In this document: positions 26,801 to 36,571 of the stretch, piece after piece | Layout: the number at the start of each line of letters is the position of its first letter | How positions within the stretch are numbered: the stretch's first letter is position 1 | NCBI GenBank assembly: GCA_963826115.1 | Contig: CAWGVS010000007.1 | Location: forward strand, 96,001-160,000 | Source: an uncultured Candidatus Rokubacteria bacterium | Lineage (GTDB): Bacteria > Methylomirabilota > Methylomirabilia > Rokubacteriales > DASRDR01 | DNA: 64,000 bases | Direction: 5' to 3' | Position numbers and translations under genes: made by a program | Notes under the pieces: model-generated | Database searches by the model: none | What the model was told of the DNA's origin: nothing | What the model saw: only the letters and a program-made list of their open reading frames with translations

Positions 26801-27502
26801 TCAGAATGGCAGCAGGAGCGACGGATCCCCCGGCGTCGCCGGCGCCTCGCCCGTCGGATGCCCCACGCCGTGAAAGGACCGTCGGTGGAGCGGGCACGGC
26901 CCGAGCCGCGCGAGCGCGTCGAGATGGGCGGTGGTCGCGTAACCCTTGTGCTGCCGGAAGCCGTACTCGGGGTAGCGCCGATCGGCGCTCGCCATGAACG
27001 CGTCCCGGACGACCTTGGCCAGGATGGACGCCGCCGCCACCGAGGCGGAGCGGCGATCCCCCCCGATGATCGCCCGCTGGGTGCACGTGACGCCGGGAAT
27101 GCGGAGGTTCCCGTCGACGAGCACGAGACCGGGCGCCAGGTGCAGTCGCGCGAGGGCGGCGCGCATCGCGGTCCACGTCGCCTGCAGCACGTTGATCACG
27201 TCGATCTGACGCGGGCCGACGCGCCCCACCGCGAAGGCGAGCGCGTGGGCCCGGATCTCGCGCGCAAGACGCCGTCGCTGCCGGGATGTGAGGAGCTTCG
27301 AGTCGCGGAGCCCGTCGATCGGGGCCGTCGGGTCGAGGATCACCGCGGCGGCGACGACCGGCCCCGCCAGGGGGCCGCGCCCCACCTCGTCCACCCCCGC
27401 GACCCAGAGGCCCCGGGCCCAGGCGCCGCGCTCCTGGGCGTAGAGATCCTCCTCCAGCTCGAACAGCGTCGCTTGCGGGGGACCGGACAGGCGCCGGGGC
27501 AC
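26801..27502 (-). CDS. rnhB: Ribonuclease HII
   Basis: AGVDEVGRGPLAGPVVAAAV, DSK, VDGN, AAASILAKV.RD, HKGY. Confidence 0.97.
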   Translation of the reverse strand: MPRRLSGPPQATLFELEEDLYAQERGAWARGLWVAGVDEVGRGPLAGPVVAAAVILDPTAPIDGLRDSKLLTSRQRRRLAREIRAHALAFAVGRVGPRQIDVINVLQATWTAMRAALARLHLAPGLVLVDGNLRIPGVTCTQRAIIGGDRRSASVAAASILAKVVRDAFMASADRRYPEYGFRQHKGYATTAHLDALARLGPCPLHRRSFHGVGHPTGEAPATPGDPSLLLPF

Positions 27503-27519
27503 TCGAGGACAGGCCCGCG

Positions 27520-27548
27520 CGGCGCGCCGGTGTCTGGCCGGCGCGCCG
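27520..27548. terminator. Hairpin between rplS and rnhB (partial terminator or processing site)
   Basis: CGGCGCGCCGG-7 nt-CCGGCGCGCCG 11-bp stem. Confidence 0.4.
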
Positions 27549-27565
27549 GGGAGCGCGTCGCGCGG

Positions 27566-27961
27566 CTACTCGTCGCTCGCGGCGGGCGCCGCGCCGGTCC
27601 CGGCCGGGTGTGGCTGGCGCTTCTCCCGGAGGCGCGCCGCCTTGCCGGTGCGCTCCCGGAGGTAATAGAGCTTCGAGCGGCGGACGTACGCGGACTTCAC
27701 GACCTGGACGCGCTCGACCCGCGGGGAATGCAGCGGGAACGTCCGCTCGACGCCGACGCCATAGGACACGCGCCGAACCGTGAAGGTCGCGCGGGCGCCC
27801 CCGCCGCGCTTCCGGATGATGATCCCCTCGAAGATCTGCACCCGCTCCTTCTCGCCCTCGATGACCTTCACGTGCACCCTCACGCTGTCCCCGGGCGCGA
27901 ACGCCCCCCGGTCCCGCTTGAGAGCGCTGGCCTCCACCACCGCGATCGCATCCGTCGCCAT
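27566..27961 (-). CDS. rplS: 50S ribosomal protein L19
   Basis: [45 protein letters not shown]. Confidence 0.98.
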   Translation of the reverse strand: MATDAIAVVEASALKRDRGAFAPGDSVRVHVKVIEGEKERVQIFEGIIIRKRGGGARATFTVRRVSYGVGVERTFPLHSPRVERVQVVKSAYVRRSKLYYLRERTGKAARLREKRQPHPAGTGAAPAASDE

Positions 27962-27995
27962 GTTCGTCTCCTCGGTGCTCGCTCGTCCTGCCGCG

Positions 27996-28742
27996 TCAAT
28001 CGCCCGCGCGCGTCAGCTCGCCGCCGCGCGCCATCTCGTCCATCCACTCGCGCTCCTCGCCCGTCGGGGGCACGGCCTCCAGGAGGTCCGGCCGCCGCAC
28101 GAGGGTGCGCCGGAGCGCCTCGCGGCGTCGCCACCGCGCGATCCGACCGTGGTCCCCCGACAGGAGGACCTCCGGCACCCGCCAGCCCCGGAACTCCGCG
28201 GGGCGCGTGTACTGCGGGTAGTCGAGCCGGCCCGCCGCGAACGACTCGCGGGCCGCCCCCGCCGGGTCGCCGAGCACGCCCGGCAGGAGCCGGACCACCG
28301 CGTCCAGCACGACCAGCGCCGGCAGCTCGCCGCCCGTCAGCACGTAGTCGCCGATCGACAGCTCCTCGTCGACCAGCTCGGCGCGGACGCGCTCGTCCAC
28401 ACCCTCGTAGTGCCCGCAGAGGAGCACGAGGTGCCGGGCGCCCGCCAGCCGCTCCGCCGCCGCCTGCGTGAAGGTCGGGCCCTGGGGGCAGAGCAGCGCC
28501 ACGCGGCTGTCCGGCCCGCGGAGCCCCTCGACCGCGGCGAACAGGGGCTCGGGCTTCAGCACCATGCCACCGCCGCCGCCGAACGGGTAGTCGTCCGCCA
28601 CGCGGTGCCGGCCCTCGGTGTACTCCCGGAGGTCGACGACCCGGATGTCGACCGCGCCGCGCTCGCGAGCGACGCGGAGCATCGACTCGCCGAGCACCGC
28701 CGGGAACATCCCGGGGAAGAGCGTGACGACGTCGATGCGCAT
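27996..28742 (-). CDS. trmD: tRNA (guanine37-N1)-methyltransferase
   Basis: [48 protein letters not shown]. Confidence 0.97.
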   Translation of the reverse strand: MRIDVVTLFPGMFPAVLGESMLRVARERGAVDIRVVDLREYTEGRHRVADDYPFGGGGGMVLKPEPLFAAVEGLRGPDSRVALLCPQGPTFTQAAAERLAGARHLVLLCGHYEGVDERVRAELVDEELSIGDYVLTGGELPALVVLDAVVRLLPGVLGDPAGAARESFAAGRLDYPQYTRPAEFRGWRVPEVLLSGDHGRIARWRRREALRRTLVRRPDLLEAVPPTGEEREWMDEMARGGELTRAGD

Positions 28743-29296
28743 CACGCGTCGAGCTCCACCAGGCCCTCGGGCGGCTCCACGACCACGCGCCGCCCGGCGA
28801 GGTCCACCCGCTCGACGATCGCGGCCACCGCCGGGAGGGGCCAAGTCCGCCCGTCCCGCTCGACGGTCCAGTAGTCGTGCCCCGGACCCGCGACGACTTC
28901 CACGATCCGGCCGAGCGCCGTGCCCGCCGGAGTCTCGACGGCGCAGCCGACGAGGTCGAACGCGTAGTACCGGTCCGGCGGCAGGGGCCGCACCGCCGCA
29001 CGCGGGATCGTGATCAGCCGGCCCACGAGCCCCTGCGCGTCCGTCATGGTGTCGCACCCGGCGAGCTTCACCACCGGAATCCGCCCCTGGAACCACACGG
29101 CCTCGACCGCGTGACGCTCGCCCGCGGTCGGCGGGACGAGCCAGCACTCCCGCAGGTCCGCGAACCGCTCGGGCGCGTCGGTCAGGGGCTCGACGCGGAC
29201 CTCGCCCCGGCGGCCCTGGGTCCGCACGATGCGCCCGACCGCGACCAGCGCCCCCGCCGCGGCCGGCGGGGTCGCGGCGACCGTCGCCTCGCCCAT
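28742..29296 (-). CDS. rimM: Ribosome maturation factor RimM
   Basis: [27 protein letters not shown]; lies between rpsP and trmD. Confidence 0.92.
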   Translation of the reverse strand: MGEATVAATPPAAAGALVAVGRIVRTQGRRGEVRVEPLTDAPERFADLRECWLVPPTAGERHAVEAVWFQGRIPVVKLAGCDTMTDAQGLVGRLITIPRAAVRPLPPDRYYAFDLVGCAVETPAGTALGRIVEVVAGPGHDYWTVERDGRTWPLPAVAAIVERVDLAGRRVVVEPPEGLVELDA

Positions 29297-29321
29297 CCCT
29301 GTCGCTCCGTTTCGCCCGCCT

Positions 29322-29570
29322 CTAGCTCGCGCGCACCCCGGCCCGGGCCAGAAGGTTCCGCACGGTGTTCGAGGGAAGCGCGCCCTTCTTGATCCAGGCC
29401 GTCGCCTTGTCCGCGTCGATCCGGATGGTCGGGGGCTCCGTGAGCGGGTCGTAGAAGCCGATCTGCTCGATGAAGCGCCCGTCCCGCGCGGTCCGCCCGT
29501 CGGCGACCACCACGCGGTAGGACGGCTTCTTGGTCGTGCCGGTCCGTCGTAGCCGAATCCGTGCTGCCAT
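29322..29570 (-). CDS. rpsP: 30S ribosomal protein S16
   Basis: RIRLRR.G..KKPSYRVVVAD.R..RDGRFIEQIGFYDP. Confidence 0.98.
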   Translation of the reverse strand: MAARIRLRRTGTTKKPSYRVVVADGRTARDGRFIEQIGFYDPLTEPPTIRIDADKATAWIKKGALPSNTVRNLLARAGVRAS

Positions 29571-29596
29571 TGCCCTCTCCTGTCTCTGTCGTCCGT

Positions 29597-30946
29597 CTAG
29601 CCTCGGAGGAACGGCATCGCCCGGCGCAGGTCCCTGCGTCCGGGCCGGCCGCTCATGCCCTTCATGTCCTTCATCATCTTCCGGAGCTGCGCGTACTGCT
29701 TGAGCAGCCGGTTCACGTCCTGCACCGACGTGCCGCTCCCCCGCGCGATCCGGGACCGCCGCTCGCCGTTGATGATGGCCGGCGTCCGCCGCTCGCCCGG
29801 CGTCATCGAGCCGATGATCGCCTCGAACCGTCGGAGGTCACGCGACTCGGCGTCGAGCTCCGACTGGCCCGGCTTGGCGCCCTTGAAGAACGGCACCATG
29901 TCGAGGATCTGCTCGAGCGGGCCCATCTTCCGGAGCTGCCGGAGCTGCTCGGCGAAATCCTCGAGCGTGAAGCTGTCCTCGCGGATCTTCTGCGCGAGTT
30001 CCTCGGCCTTCGAGGCATCGACCGTGGCCTGCGCCTTCTCGACGAGCGACAGGACGTCGCCCATCCCCAGGATCCGCGACGCCATCCGGTCCGGGTGGAA
30101 CGGCTCCAGCGCGTCGACCCGCTCGCCGACCCCGCAGAACACGATGGGCTTCCCGGTGACCGTGCGGATCGACAGCGCGGCGCCGCCACGCGCGTCGCCG
30201 TCGAGCTTCGTGAGGACGATGCCGTCGTACCCGACCTCCTGGTTGAAGCGCTGGGCCATGGTCACCGCGTCCTGGCCGGTCATCGCGTCGACGACCAGGA
30301 GGATGTGGTGCGGCTTGACCTCGCGCCGGAGGACCTTCAGCTCCTCGACCATCGCCTCGTCGATGTGGAGCCGGCCCGCCGTGTCGAGGAGAACCGGGTT
30401 CCATCCGTTGGCGGCCGCCTGGTCGACGGCCTCCCGCGCGATGTCCACGGGCTTCTGCCCCTCGGCCCCGTGGACCGGCAGCCCGAGCTCCCCGCCCAGC
30501 ACGCGGAGCTGCTGGATCGCGGCGGGCCGGTAGACGTCGGCGGCGACCAGGAGCGGGCGGAAGCCCTCGCGCTGGAAGTGGCGCCCCAGCTTCGCGACGC
30601 TCGTCGTCTTGCCCGAGCCCTGGAGGCCGAGGACCATGATCACCGTCGGCGGCCGGGCGGCCATGGTGAGTCGGTGCGCGGCGCCGCCCAGGAGGTCGAC
30701 CAGCTCGCCGTGCACGATCTTCACGACCTGCTGGCCGGGCGTGAGGCTCTGGAGGACCTCGTGTCCCACGGCCCTCTCGCGGATCCGCTCGACGAAGGAC
30801 CGGACCACCTTGAAGTTGACGTCGGCCTCCAGGAGGGCGACGCGCACCTCGCGGAGCGCCTCCTGGATGTTGTCCTCGGTCAGGCGGCCGGCGCCCCGCA
30901 GGCGGTCAAAGATCGCCTCGAGACGCTGCGTCAGGGCTTCGAACAT
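29597..30946 (-). CDS. ffh: Signal recognition particle protein Ffh
   Basis: ALLEADV, GLQGSGKTT, DTAGRL, TKLDGDARGGAALS, RILGMGD, RIARGSG. Confidence 0.98.
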   Translation of the reverse strand: MFEALTQRLEAIFDRLRGAGRLTEDNIQEALREVRVALLEADVNFKVVRSFVERIRERAVGHEVLQSLTPGQQVVKIVHGELVDLLGGAAHRLTMAARPPTVIMVLGLQGSGKTTSVAKLGRHFQREGFRPLLVAADVYRPAAIQQLRVLGGELGLPVHGAEGQKPVDIAREAVDQAAANGWNPVLLDTAGRLHIDEAMVEELKVLRREVKPHHILLVVDAMTGQDAVTMAQRFNQEVGYDGIVLTKLDGDARGGAALSIRTVTGKPIVFCGVGERVDALEPFHPDRMASRILGMGDVLSLVEKAQATVDASKAEELAQKIREDSFTLEDFAEQLRQLRKMGPLEQILDMVPFFKGAKPGQSELDAESRDLRRFEAIIGSMTPGERRTPAIINGERRSRIARGSGTSVQDVNRLLKQYAQLRKMMKDMKGMSGRPGRRDLRRAMPFLRG

Positions 30947-30990
30947 TGGGTCCTCTCGGGAGCTCGCGGGGAAATCGCGAAAAGCACTTA

Positions 30991-31019
30991 AGGCTACAGG
31001 ACATCCACGGGGGCGTCAA
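30991..31019 (-). promoter_or_regulatory. sigma70 promoter of the ffh operon
   Basis: Minus strand TTGACG-17 nt-TAGCCT. Confidence 0.6.
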
Positions 31020-31047
31020 GGAAGGCGGCCCCACCGGGCCGCCCCGC

Positions 31048-32766
31048 CTACGACGCCAGCGGGAAGGGCGTGACGAAGACCCGGGGCGGGCAGCCGCCGG
31101 GCGGGCCCCCCGGCCGCGCCGCGCCGAGGGCGGCCGCGTCCTGGAGGAGCCGGCGCGCGAGGTCGCTCCGCTCGTCCAGCGTCGCCGCCCGGCGGGCAAA
31201 GGTCTCCGCCTCCGCCCCGCAGCCCGCAGCGAGCGCCGTCCGCGCGAGGAGCAGCGCCGTGTCGAGGAACTCGGGCTCGAGCCCCCGGATTCGCGACAGG
31301 GCCGCCGCGGCCTTCTCCGGCTGGCGGAGCACGGTCGCCAGCTGGGTGACGCCGTACCACGCGTCGAACGAGGCTGGGACCTCGCCCGCCAGCCGCTCGT
31401 AGAGCTGGAGCGCCTCGGGGCGCCGGCCCTCGCGCTCGAGCCAGTGGGCGAGGCCCTGCTCGGCGTCGGGATTCATGCGAGCCGCCATGGGCCCCTGCCC
31501 GACATTCGCCAGGAGGTAGACCGCCACCGCGACGACGGCCGCCAGCGCGCGTCCTCTCGCGCGGGCCTCCACGAGCGCCCACTGCACCCCCGCCGCCGCG
31601 AACAGCGCGAGCAGCGGCACCAGGGGGGCCCGGTAACGCGCGGTGACGAAGAACGCGACGACGGTGAGACCCAGCAGGACGACCGACGCCCCCAGGACCG
31701 GCGCCCGCCTGGCGGCCACGCCCAGCCCGACCACGGCGAGCGGCAGGAGGAGGCCGAACGGGAACGCGAGCCCCGGGACCTTCCACAGGAGCGCCCGGAG
31801 GACCGGCGACCACGCGCGGACCGGATAGATCTCCTGGTTCCGCGGGATCTCGTCGCCGCCCAGCAGCAGGCGAAGCTTCCGGAGCTGGAGCGCCACGAAC
31901 CCGAGCGGGTCCTGCCGCGCATACGCCGTCACGCGCGCGGTGAAGAAGCGCGAGGCCGGCCCCGCGCCGGTCACGCCGTGAAGCACCGGCGCGCGGACGA
32001 GCGCCTGCCAGTCGCGTCCGGGACGCATCCCCACCGTCCGATCGTAGCGCGGGTTGTTGCCGAGGTAGAGGTTGATCCCGCCGTTCGAGGAGATCAGGAT
32101 CAGCTCCCCGCCCTGGGCCCAGTTCCTCACCGTGACCGGCGCGATGGCGAGGGCCGCGCCGAGGAGCACCCATCCCGCGCGCCGCCGTGCGGCGACGGCC
32201 AGGACCGGCAGCAGCACGAGCGCCGGCGCGTTCACGACCGCCGTCAGCCCGCCGAGCAAGCCCGTCGCGAGCCAGCCGCGGCCCCCGCGCTCCTCGGGCG
32301 CGCGGGCCGCCAACCAGAGCGTCGCCATCTGGAGACAGATGGCCAGGGACGGCGCCAGGAGCTCCGCGTCGTAGTAGACGAGAGTGCCGTAGAGCGCGAC
32401 GACGAGGCCCGCGCCGAGCCCAACCGCGCGGCCGAAGACGCGGGTGCCGAGGGCGCAGGTCAGCGCCGCGGTCAGCGCGCCCAGCCCGGCCTGGACCAGG
32501 CGGGGCGCGAGAAAGCCCGGCCCCGCGACGCGGAGAATCGCGGCGAGAAAGTACGGATAGCCGGGCGGCTGCCAGTAGACCCGTTCCGCCCAGCCCTCGC
32601 CCGCCGCGAGGGCCCGGGCGGCCCAGTAGTAGGTCTCGGCGTCGAGGACCGGGCGCGCGAAGTACGGGCTCTCCGGGAGGGCGAGGACGTGCGCGAACCG
32701 GACGGCGAAGGCGACGGCGAAGACGGCGACGGACGGCCCGATGCGGGGCGCGCCCGCCAAGCTCAC
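31048..32766 (-). CDS. GT-C (PMT/ArnT-like) membrane glycosyltransferase with C-terminal TPR repeats
   Basis: LDAETY, YWQPPGYPYFLA, multiple TM helices, GINLYLGNNP, RYRAP, helical TPR-like tail. Confidence 0.8.
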   Translation of the reverse strand: MSLAGAPRIGPSVAVFAVAFAVRFAHVLALPESPYFARPVLDAETYYWAARALAAGEGWAERVYWQPPGYPYFLAAILRVAGPGFLAPRLVQAGLGALTAALTCALGTRVFGRAVGLGAGLVVALYGTLVYYDAELLAPSLAICLQMATLWLAARAPEERGGRGWLATGLLGGLTAVVNAPALVLLPVLAVAARRRAGWVLLGAALAIAPVTVRNWAQGGELILISSNGGINLYLGNNPRYDRTVGMRPGRDWQALVRAPVLHGVTGAGPASRFFTARVTAYARQDPLGFVALQLRKLRLLLGGDEIPRNQEIYPVRAWSPVLRALLWKVPGLAFPFGLLLPLAVVGLGVAARRAPVLGASVVLLGLTVVAFFVTARYRAPLVPLLALFAAAGVQWALVEARARGRALAAVVAVAVYLLANVGQGPMAARMNPDAEQGLAHWLEREGRRPEALQLYERLAGEVPASFDAWYGVTQLATVLRQPEKAAAALSRIRGLEPEFLDTALLLARTALAAGCGAEAETFARRAATLDERSDLARRLLQDAAALGAARPGGPPGGCPPRVFVTPFPLAS

Positions 32767-32785
32767 CCCGCCTCGGGGACCGGGG

Positions 32786-33655
32786 TCACTTCCGCCCGCC
32801 CTGGGCCTTCTTCTCGACGCGCTCGGGCCTGGCGGTGGCGGCGGGGCGCTCGACCTTGGCGGGCGGCTTCTTGCCGGGCGCCGGCTTCCGGGCCAGGCTC
32901 TCCTTGAGCGCGTCCATCAGATCGATCACCTGGGCGCGTTGCGTCTCGGGCCCGGTCGCCGTGACTTCCCGGCCTTCGACCTTCTGCTCCACGGTGGCCA
33001 GGACGCGCTGCCGGTACTCGTCCTCGTACTGCGCGGGGGCGAACTCGTCGTGCGAGAGCTCGTCGACCAGGCGGACCGCCAGGTCGAGCTCCCCCTCCCG
33101 GATCTTTGCGGACTGGCCCTTGTCGATCTCGGCGAAGCTCCGGACCTCGTCGGCGAAGTACATCGTGTGGAGCATGAGCCCGCCCTGGGCGGGGCGGATC
33201 AGGACAAGGCTCTCCTTGCCGCGCATCACGAACTTGGCGAGCGCGACGCGGTCGGTCTTGGCCATCGCGTCGGTCAGGAGCCGGTAGGCTTTCTCGCCGC
33301 CCTTGTCCGGCCCGAGGTAGTAGGTCTTCTCGAAGTAGATCGGGTCGACCTTGGCGAGCGGGACGAACTCCGCGATGTCGATGACCTTGGAGGCCTCCCC
33401 TTCCAGCGCCTTCAGCTCCTCGTCGGTGAAGCGGACGTACTCGTCCTTCTGGACCTCGTAGCCCTTGACGAGAGCCGTCCGGTCCACGACCTCGTGGTCG
33501 ACGGGGCAGTAGGTCTGCTGGCGGATCCGGCTCCCGCATTTGGCGTGGAGGAGGTTGAAGCTCACGCTCGCCGACGAGGCGGCGGTGTAGAGGCGGATCG
33601 GAATGGAGACCAGCCCGAAGGAGATCGTCCCCGACCCGATCGAATGCGGTGGCAT
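32786..33655 (-). CDS. ku: Non-homologous end joining protein Ku
   Basis: GTISFGLVSIPIRLY, VKGYE, IYFEKTYYL, VIDLMDALKESL, basic tail; ATG 33655. Confidence 0.96.
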   Translation of the reverse strand: MPPHSIGSGTISFGLVSIPIRLYTAASSASVSFNLLHAKCGSRIRQQTYCPVDHEVVDRTALVKGYEVQKDEYVRFTDEELKALEGEASKVIDIAEFVPLAKVDPIYFEKTYYLGPDKGGEKAYRLLTDAMAKTDRVALAKFVMRGKESLVLIRPAQGGLMLHTMYFADEVRSFAEIDKGQSAKIREGELDLAVRLVDELSHDEFAPAQYEDEYRQRVLATVEQKVEGREVTATGPETQRAQVIDLMDALKESLARKPAPGKKPPAKVERPAATARPERVEKKAQGGRK

Positions 33656-33789
33656 TGCGCGCCCTCCCGGCCCGGAACTGTCGACGTGATGAAGCATTTT
33701 GCACCGTATCACGGGGCCCGCTATGCTTCAAAGCGCCCCCGGGACGCCCCACCACTTGGGGTCGCCGCGCGGGCGAGGGCCAGCCCCTA

Positions 33790-36447
33790 GTGATCGATGA
33801 GCGGCCGCCGCAGCTCGACGCCTACCGGCGAAAGCGCGACCCCGATCGCACGCCCGAGCCCTTCGGGGGTGGGCGGACGGGGGCGGGCGGCCTCTTCGTC
33901 GTCCAGCAGCACGCCGCCCGGCGCCTCCACTACGACCTGCGCCTCGAGATGGACGGGGTCCTCAAGAGCTGGGCCGTGCCCAAGGGGCCGTCGATCCGGC
34001 CCGAGGTCAAGCGTCTGGCCGTCCACGTGGAGGACCATCCCCTCGAGTACGCCGACTTCGAGGGCGTGATCCCCCGGGACAACTACGGCGCCGGCGCGGT
34101 CATCGTCTGGGACCACGGGCGCTACCGCTCCGCCAAGCCCGAGAACCTGCGGCGTCAGCTCGAGCGGGGCCTGGTGGAGGTGGAGTTCCACGGGCACAAG
34201 CTCCGGGGCCGCTGGGCGCTCGCCCGGATGGCCGGCACCGGGAAGGACTGGCTCCTGATCCGGAAATCGGGCGAGCCGGTCCCGGCCGAGGAGCTGACCG
34301 AGCGCCATCCCCGCTCCGTCCGCTCGGGCCTCACGCTCGAGGAGATGCGGGACCCCGGCACTGTCCGGGACGCCCTCCGGGCCCGACTCCGGAAGGTCGG
34401 GGCCCCCGTCCGCTCGGTGTCGGCCCGCGAGCAGGGCTTCATGCTCGCGACGCCCGCCGAGCGCGCGCCCGCGGGGGCGGACTGGCTCTTCGAGATCAAG
34501 CACGACGGGGTGCGGGTCCTGGCGGAGCGCGCCGGCGACCGGATAACGCTCGTCGGCCGGAACGGACGGGTCACGACCGACCGCTACCCCGAGATCGTCT
34601 CGGCCCTCCGGGCCCTCGCGTTCGACCACGTCCTGATGGACGGCGAGATCGTCGCCCTCGACGCGCGGGGTCGGTCGAGCTTCCAGCGCCTCCAGGCGCG
34701 CATGGGCCTCACACGTCCGGCCGACGTGGCCCGCGTGCTCGGCCAGGTGCCCGTCGAGGCCGTGTTCTTCGACTGCCTCGCCCTCGAGGGCCACGACCTC
34801 CGGCGCCTGCCGCTCGAGGCGCGGAAGGCCTGTCTCGAGCGCGTGCTCCCGCCGCGCGGCGTCGCGCGCTACGGCGACCACGTCGAGGCGGACGGACCGG
34901 CGTTCCTCGAGGCGGCGGCGGAGGCGCGGCTCGAGGGCATCGTGGCGAAGCGCCGGGAGAGCGCCTACGTCCCGCGGCGCGCGGGCGCGTGGCTCAAGAT
35001 CAAGTGCCAGCGCCGTCAGGAATTCGTCGTCGGCGGATACACCGCCCCCCAGGGCGGGCGCACCCGCTTCGGCGCCCTTCACCTCGGCCTCTACGACGGC
35101 CCGCGGCTCGTCTACGTGTCGAAGGTCGGCACGGGCTTCGACGGGGCCGAGCTCGAGCGCCTCTGGCGGAAGCTCGAGCCGCTCCGGCGCGAGGCGTCGC
35201 CCTTCGACGCGGGCACGCCGGCGGGGCGCGGCCACCACTGGGTGGAGCCCCGCCTCGTCGCGGAGGTGCGGTTCACCGAGTGGACCCGGGGCGGCGGGAT
35301 CCGCCATCCGGCGTACCTCGGGCTCCGGGACGACGTGCGTCCCGAGAACTGTCGCCGCGAGCCGTCGGACACCGAGGGCGGGCTCGGCGACACCGAGCCC
35401 GTGGGCGCCGAGCCGCGGGCGGCCGAGCGCACGACCGACCCGATGCCGCCGGCCGGGCCCTCGGATCGCGCGCCGGCGTCGCCGCCCGACGCGTCGCGCG
35501 TCCGCCTGACCAACCTCGACAAGGTCTTCTGGCCCGCCGAGGGGTACACGAAGGGCGACCTGATCGGCTACTACGACGCGATCGCGTCGACGATGCTCCC
35601 CTACCTCCGCGACCGGCCCATCGTCCTCACGCGCTACCCGGACGGGATCGCCGGCAAGTCGTTCTTCCAGAAGGACGCGCCGGAGTTCGCGCCGGACTGG
35701 GTGCGGACCGAGCGCGTCTACTCGAAGGACACCGACCGGGAGATCGACTACTTCGTCGTGGACGACGCCGAGATGCTGCGCTACGTGGCGAACATGGGGA
35801 CGATCCCCATCCACGCGTGGAGCGCGCGCGTCCCGGCGCTCGAGCGCCCGGACTGGCTCGTCCTCGACCTCGACCCGAAGGGCGCGCCCTTCACCGACGT
35901 CGTCCGGGTCGCCCAGGCGGTCCACCGCGTGCTCGACGACCTCGAGCTCCCGAGCCACGTGAAGACGTCGGGCGCCACCGGGCTCCACGTCCTGGTCCCC
36001 CTCGGCGCCCGGTACACGCACGAGCAGTCGCGGACGCTCGCCCGCCTCCTGGCCGTCATGGTGGTGGAGCTCGTCCCGGCGATCGCCACGGTGGCGCGCC
36101 CCCTCGGCGCGCGGGGCGGGAAGGTATACGTCGACTTCGGCCAGAACGGCCACGGCCGGACGATCGCCGCGCCCTTCTCGGTCCGGCCTCTCCCCGGCGC
36201 GCCCGTCTCGTGCCCGCTCGACTGGACGGAGGTGACCGCGCGGCTCGAGCCGGCCCGCTTCACGATCCGCACCGTGCCGCGGCGCTTCGCGCGGCGCGCC
36301 GACCCGCTCCGGCCGGTGCTCGGCTCCGGGATCGACATGGCCGCCGCGCTCGCGCGGCTCGAGGCTCGCGTCGGGACGAAGGCGCCCGCCCCTCCGGCCG
36401 CGCGGTCGATCCGGGCCACGAGTCCCTCGCGGCGACGCCCGGGGTAA
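33790..36447 (+). CDS. ligD: DNA ligase D (phosphoesterase-ligase-polymerase)
   Basis: PE: HAARRLHYDLRLE..SWAVPKGP; LIG: EIKHDG, EGIVAKR, WLKIK; POL: DLDP, KTSGATGLH. Confidence 0.96.
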   Translation: MIDERPPQLDAYRRKRDPDRTPEPFGGGRTGAGGLFVVQQHAARRLHYDLRLEMDGVLKSWAVPKGPSIRPEVKRLAVHVEDHPLEYADFEGVIPRDNYGAGAVIVWDHGRYRSAKPENLRRQLERGLVEVEFHGHKLRGRWALARMAGTGKDWLLIRKSGEPVPAEELTERHPRSVRSGLTLEEMRDPGTVRDALRARLRKVGAPVRSVSAREQGFMLATPAERAPAGADWLFEIKHDGVRVLAERAGDRITLVGRNGRVTTDRYPEIVSALRALAFDHVLMDGEIVALDARGRSSFQRLQARMGLTRPADVARVLGQVPVEAVFFDCLALEGHDLRRLPLEARKACLERVLPPRGVARYGDHVEADGPAFLEAAAEARLEGIVAKRRESAYVPRRAGAWLKIKCQRRQEFVVGGYTAPQGGRTRFGALHLGLYDGPRLVYVSKVGTGFDGAELERLWRKLEPLRREASPFDAGTPAGRGHHWVEPRLVAEVRFTEWTRGGGIRHPAYLGLRDDVRPENCRREPSDTEGGLGDTEPVGAEPRAAERTTDPMPPAGPSDRAPASPPDASRVRLTNLDKVFWPAEGYTKGDLIGYYDAIASTMLPYLRDRPIVLTRYPDGIAGKSFFQKDAPEFAPDWVRTERVYSKDTDREIDYFVVDDAEMLRYVANMGTIPIHAWSARVPALERPDWLVLDLDPKGAPFTDVVRVAQAVHRVLDDLELPSHVKTSGATGLHVLVPLGARYTHEQSRTLARLLAVMVVELVPAIATVARPLGARGGKVYVDFGQNGHGRTIAAPFSVRPLPGAPVSCPLDWTEVTARLEPARFTIRTVPRRFARRADPLRPVLGSGIDMAAALARLEARVGTKAPAPPAARSIRATSPSRRRPG

Positions 36448-36483
36448 CGTAGCGCCGTCGGGTCCGCGAGAGCCGCCGGCCCA

Positions 36484-36513
36484 TTGACGGGGTCCGCGCC
36501 GGCGTCCTATAGT
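36484..36513 (+). promoter_or_regulatory. sigma70 promoter of the alcohol dehydrogenase gene
   Basis: TTGACG-18 nt-TATAGT. Confidence 0.65.
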
Positions 36514-36571
36514 CCCGCGGGCTAGCGCCTTCCGCACCAGCGTCCGTCGCGCCAGAGAGAAGGGGGCATCC

